A stretch of DNA of 63,969 bases, the filler included, from Candidatus Rokuibacteriota bacterium (GTDB lineage Bacteria; JAUVQV01; DATDCY01): the NCBI GenBank assembly GCA_031406795.1. It is 6 parts of 6 records of this genome, joined end to end, with 100 filler letters (N's around TTAATTAATTAA, not from the genome) between each part and the next. Parts side by side here need not be neighbours in the genome. Positions count along the whole stretch, not along the records: positions 45,484 to 61,740 come from JANOHV010000097.1; positions 61,841 to 63,969 come from JANOHV010000262.1; 4 more parts are not named here. One strand, given 5' to 3'. The notes below the pieces were generated by a model, which did no database searches, had not been told where the DNA came from, and saw only the letters and a list, made by a program, of their open reading frames with translations. Below are positions 60,279-63,969 of the stretch, one piece after another. Each line of letters opens with the position of its first letter. Position 1 is the stretch's first letter. The translations under genes and the position numbers were made by a program.

Positions 60279-61664
60279 ATGGAATTCGCACTCGCGGCGG
60301 TGATCGGCGCCGTCCTCGGCGGCGGGCTCGGCTGGTTCGTTGCCTCGGGCCGGGCGCGGGCCGCGGCCGCCGCTGTCGTCGCCGTCGCGGAGCGCCGGGC
60401 GGGGGCGGCCGAGGGCGCCGTCGCGGAGCTGCGCACCCAGGGCCAGCGCGCAGCGGCCGATTTCGAAGCGCTGCGGGTCAAGCTCGACGCCGAGCAGGAG
60501 GCGCGGGTGCGGGCCGAGACGCAGATGGTCGAGACCCACCAGCGCCTCGAGGAGGAACGGTGTCTGCTCGACGATGCCCGGGCCAAGCTCACCGATACCT
60601 TCCGGTCTCTCGCCGGCGAGACGCTGGGCACGCATTCGCGGGACTTCCTGCGCCTGGCTCAGGAGAGTCTCAAAACGGTTCTGGCCGAGGCTCGCGGGGA
60701 TCTTGGCAAACGCCAGCAGGCGATCGACGGCCTGGTGCGGCCGCTCGCGGAGTCGCTCAAGCAGTTCGGCGAGCACGTCCGCGGGCTCGAGACGACCCGC
60801 GAGAAGGCCTACACGAGCCTCGAGGAACAGATCAAGGGGCTGTCGGCCGCCCAGGGACAGCTGCAGAAGGAGACGGCAAACCTGGTCACCGCGCTGCGCA
60901 AACCGCAGGTGCGCGGCCGCTGGGGCGAAATGACCCTCAAGCGGGTGGCCGAGCTGGCGGGCATGGTCGAGCACTGCGACTTCACCGAGCAGGTCTCGGT
61001 CGAGGCCGCGGGCGGACGCCTGCGCCCCGACATGGTGGTCCGCCTGCCGGGGGAGCGGGAGATCGTCGTGGACGCGAAGGTCTCCCTCGAGGCTTACCTC
61101 GACGCCGTGGCCGCCGACACCGAGGAACAGCGGACCGGGCACCTCGCCCGCCACGCGGCGCAGCTGCGCACGCATCTGAACCAGCTGGCCGCGAAGGGGT
61201 ACTGGGAGCATTTCGAGCGCGCGCCGGAGTTCGTCGTGATGTTCATCCCGGGGGAGTCCTTCTTCGCGGCGGCGATCGAGAGCGATCATGAACTCGTCGA
61301 GGACGGCATGAAGAAGAGAGTCGTCCTGGCGACGCCAACCACGCTGATGGCCCTGCTGCGCGCGGTGGCTTTCGGCTGGCGCCAGGAGCAGGTGACGCGC
61401 AACGCCCAGGAGATCTCACAGCTTGGCCGGCAGGTCTACGAGCGGATGAGCGTGCTCGCGGGGCATCTCGCGAAGATCGGCAAGGGCCTCGATGCGGCCA
61501 CTTTCGCCTACAACAGCGCCGTCGGCTCGCTGGAGTCGCGGGTGCTGCCGGCGGCGCGGCGCTTCAAGGATCTCGGCGCGGCGACCAGCGAAGAGATCCC
61601 GCAGCTCGAGTCGCTGAAGAACGAGCCGAGGAGCATCGGCATCCCGAGAGACGACGAGCCGTGA
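60279..61664 (+). CDS. rmuC: DNA recombination protein RmuC
   Basis: TM, coiled coil, RGRWGE, RPDMVVRLP, VDAKVS, FVVMFIPGE, ATPTTL. Confidence 0.95.
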   Translation: MEFALAAVIGAVLGGGLGWFVASGRARAAAAAVVAVAERRAGAAEGAVAELRTQGQRAAADFEALRVKLDAEQEARVRAETQMVETHQRLEEERCLLDDARAKLTDTFRSLAGETLGTHSRDFLRLAQESLKTVLAEARGDLGKRQQAIDGLVRPLAESLKQFGEHVRGLETTREKAYTSLEEQIKGLSAAQGQLQKETANLVTALRKPQVRGRWGEMTLKRVAELAGMVEHCDFTEQVSVEAAGGRLRPDMVVRLPGEREIVVDAKVSLEAYLDAVAADTEEQRTGHLARHAAQLRTHLNQLAAKGYWEHFERAPEFVVMFIPGESFFAAAIESDHELVEDGMKKRVVLATPTTLMALLRAVAFGWRQEQVTRNAQEISQLGRQVYERMSVLAGHLAKIGKGLDAATFAYNSAVGSLESRVLPAARRFKDLGAATSEEIPQLESLKNEPRSIGIPRDDEP

Positions 61665-61740
61665 CGACGTACGTGAAGGTGTCCATCTACGTCTGACTGC
61701 ACTGGTTCCCGTGCGCGAGGCGGCGGGGACCCTCCTTCGG

Positions 61741-61840
61741 NNNNNNNNNNNNNNNNNNNNNNNNNNNNNNNNNNNNNNNNNNNNTTAATTAATTAANNNN
61801 NNNNNNNNNNNNNNNNNNNNNNNNNNNNNNNNNNNNNNNN
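61741..61840. other. Artificial contig linker
   Basis: N run containing TTAATTAATTAA. Confidence 0.99.
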
Positions 61841-62080
61841 GAGGCGAACATCGGCAACGGCATCTCGACCGACAGCCCCGGCGCGGTCTTGCGCGGCAAT
61901 TCGATCGCCGGCAGCCTGCGTTTTGCGCTGGAGAGCAACTCCGCCGAGGCGATCGACGCCGTCGGAAACTGGTGGGGTCCGGAGGGGCCGAGCGCCGGGA
62001 GCATCTTCGACGCGGCGGACGACGCCGGTCTCGGGCCGGTGCTGACCGACCCGCCGCTCGCCGCGCCGCCTGTGCTATAG
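61841..62080 (+). CDS. C-terminus of a right-handed beta-helix-type protein
   Basis: NIGNGIS...LRGNSIAG...IDAVGNWWG...IFDAADD..LGPV...PPL. Confidence 0.6.
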   Translation, partial: EANIGNGISTDSPGAVLRGNSIAGSLRFALESNSAEAIDAVGNWWGPEGPSAGSIFDAADDAGLGPVLTDPPLAAPPVL

Positions 62081-62112
62081 TCCCCGCCGCGACAGGAAAG
62101 GCTTGCGCAACG

Positions 62113-62838
62113 GTGCGAATCGCGGTTCTTTCGGACGTTCACGGCAACCTCGAAGCGCTCGAGGCGGTGCTCGCCGACATTGAGCGCATCGGGGTCGATC
62201 TGCTCTACTCTCTGGGCGACGTCGTCGGCTACGGGCCGAGTCCGGGGGCCTGCCTCGAAGTCATGCGCCGCCACGCAGCCGTTTCCGTGGCGGGCAACCA
62301 CGACGCCGCGGTTGCCGGGTGCGCTTCGCTCGATGATTTCAACGAGTTCGCCCGTTCGGCCGTGGAGTGGACCGCCGCGCAACTCGATGCCGGTCAGCTG
62401 GAATATCTGAGATCGCTCCCGTACCTCTATCGTGCGCCGGAGCTTCTGCTCGTGCATGCTTCACCCATCGAGCCCGAGCGCTGGCACTACATCCACGGCC
62501 TGGCCGACATCGACGAGCATTTCGCCGCGTTCGCCGAGCGACTGTGCTTCGTGGGACACTCGCATCGGCCGGGTGTCTACGCCATTGGCGCAGGCGGCAG
62601 CGTCGCGCGGCGCGGGGTGCGTGAACCGCTGCGGCCGGAGTTCCGCTATCTCGTCAATGCCGGCAGCGTCGGACAGCCGCGCGACCGCGATGCCCGGGCC
62701 TCATACGTCCTGTACGACACGGCGGACACCAGCGTCGAGGTGCGGCGCGTCGCCTACCCGGTCGGGAAGACGCAGGAGCGGATGCGCGAAGCGGGCCTCC
62801 CGTCCTTTCTGATCGATCGCCTCGGCGCGGGCGTCTGA
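62113..62838 (+). CDS. Metallophosphoesterase (YfcE/MJ0912-like)
   Basis: SDVHGN, LGDVVGYG, GNHD, VHAS, GHSH, NAGSVGQPRD. Confidence 0.92.
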   Translation: MRIAVLSDVHGNLEALEAVLADIERIGVDLLYSLGDVVGYGPSPGACLEVMRRHAAVSVAGNHDAAVAGCASLDDFNEFARSAVEWTAAQLDAGQLEYLRSLPYLYRAPELLLVHASPIEPERWHYIHGLADIDEHFAAFAERLCFVGHSHRPGVYAIGAGGSVARRGVREPLRPEFRYLVNAGSVGQPRDRDARASYVLYDTADTSVEVRRVAYPVGKTQERMREAGLPSFLIDRLGAGV

Positions 62839-62851
62839 GGGGCCGCCGGAC

Positions 62852-63577
62852 GTGGCTCGTCGACAAGGCGGCACCTCGCTGATCGTCACCGCGACGCTGG
62901 CGTTCTGGGTCCTGGCTGCCTGTGCGCTCACGGCGCCGGCGGTGGCGGTGGCGGTGGCGGCGACCGCCCCGGGCCGGGCCATCGACGTGATGCGCGGGGG
63001 AGGCGAATCGCAGATCGACGAGACCGCGACGGACCAGTCCCCGCCCGCCTCGGTTCGGCCTGCCGGGCCGACGAGCTTGCAGGAGCGCCTGCGCGACTAC
63101 GTGGAGGGGAGTCTCACCCGCTACGATGCTCTGAAGAACGAGTCGGCGGGCTTCCGCCGCCAGGGGTGGTTCCCCTCGCTCTTTCTGCGCGAACCCGGGA
63201 GCGACGTGGTCATCGAGCCGGGGGCAGATGGGAAAGTGACCGTCACCGTCCACATCTCGTACGCGCGCCGGGACCTCGATCAGCGCCTAGTGATCGCGCC
63301 GGCGGGTCGCTTCGAACTGCCGGGTGCCGACCAGCGGTTCTTCGCCGAAGTGATCGCCGGGCTCGCGACGGCGGCTGCGGAGATTGACCGGGCCCGCCTG
63401 CGCTTCTGGTTTGCCACGCTGCGGGCCGACGGACAGATGAGCTGGGAGCTGCGCGGCGGCATTGCGTTGAGCGCGGCGGCGGCGAGCCGTTTCCCGGCGG
63501 GGAAGCGGACGGCGGCGGCGATCTGGCCGCTCCTCTCCGAAAACACGATCCCCCCCTCCTTGTGGGACGTCCCTTGA
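62852..63577 (+). CDS. Hypothetical exported protein
   Basis: Signal-like N-terminus; co-oriented with neighbours; no family recognised. Confidence 0.6.
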   Translation: MARRQGGTSLIVTATLAFWVLAACALTAPAVAVAVAATAPGRAIDVMRGGGESQIDETATDQSPPASVRPAGPTSLQERLRDYVEGSLTRYDALKNESAGFRRQGWFPSLFLREPGSDVVIEPGADGKVTVTVHISYARRDLDQRLVIAPAGRFELPGADQRFFAEVIAGLATAAAEIDRARLRFWFATLRADGQMSWELRGGIALSAAAASRFPAGKRTAAAIWPLLSENTIPPSLWDVP

Positions 63578-63608
63578 AAAGGGCTCATTTGCGGCGTTGG
63601 GCTTCGCG
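63575..63608 (-). repeat. Long-hairpin element, truncated right-end fragment
   Basis: TGAAAAGGGCTCATTTGCGGCGTTGGGCTTCGC is the reverse complement of the right arm of copy 3, with a few changes. Confidence 0.75.
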
Positions 63609-63641
63609 CGTCTGCCTGCGAGGTGGTACAATCGTCCGGCA

Positions 63642-63969
63642 ATGAGCATGTTGGCTGGGGGCCGAAGGCCGCGGATGTCTTTCTGCCTGGCTGCCGCCCT
63701 TCTCCTGTTTCCGCTGACCTTGCCGGCGGCCCCGACCGGGCCGGGGGTCGGTTCGTATGCGCCGCCGCTTGAACTCTCGGACCTCGGCGGGACCGCCAGG
63801 AAGGTGGTCTGGGGCGAGGGTAGCCCCGCCGCGACGATCGTCTTCTTCTTCGATCCGCAAGCTTCGGGATGCCTCCTCGAGATGAGCTTCCTCGACGCGC
63901 TTTACGGCAGCGGACACGACTTCGGCCTCGCGGTCTACGGCGTGGAGGCTCGAGGGCGTCAACCGGCCG
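63642..63969 (+). CDS. Exported thioredoxin-fold (TlpA/AhpC-like) protein, 3' truncated
   Basis: Own translation: signal peptide, VGSYAPPLELSDLGG, IVFFFDPQASGCLLEM, GLAVYGV. Confidence 0.65.
   Translation, partial: MSMLAGGRRPRMSFCLAAALLLFPLTLPAAPTGPGVGSYAPPLELSDLGGTARKVVWGEGSPAATIVFFFDPQASGCLLEMSFLDALYGSGHDFGLAVYGVEARGRQPA

Overview
High-GC diderm anaerobe-type bacterial sequence. The gene set (Kor, HdrA/GltD-like flavoproteins, class III RNR, Rex, ftsH-folP-cdaA-cdaR-glmM-pdxJ) is Desulfobacterota/Deltaproteobacteria-like, but this taxonomy is only an inference. The window is six contigs joined by artificial N-TTAATTAATTAA-N linkers, so adjacency across linkers means nothing. Contig 1 carries a CzcCBA-type RND metal efflux operon with a coupled P-II gene, plus phosphoketolase. 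Contig 2 carries korABC and an HdrL/GltD-like flavoprotein. Contig 3 carries a sigma54 activator and a sigma54-promoter-driven DUF3494 ice-binding-like gene. Contig 4 carries lspA, mtnP, a membrane-anchored GltD-like fusion, ftsB, thiC, the clpC-bamA-skp-lpx cluster, glyQS, an IS66 remnant and an AT-richer island. Contig 5 carries a run of gene fragments, the ftsH...pdxJ-rex operon, nrdD-redoxin-nrdG, glycosyltransferases and rmuC. Contig 6 carries a metallophosphoesterase and hypothetical genes. The top candidate for a novel system is 36994-45383, a repeated two-gene cassette: [exported STN-like+HEAT protein]-[signal peptide + Zn-dependent phospholipase C/S1-P1-like head]. The distal cassette carries only a truncated head. 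The proximal head is fused to a 2000-aa adhesin-like stalk, with a G13 tract at the gene junction. This resembles a polymorphic toxin/immunity array with the variable domain at the N-terminus. The second candidate is a dispersed ~125-nt long-hairpin element with at least 7 full or partial copies, compensatory base changes and a preference for stop codons.
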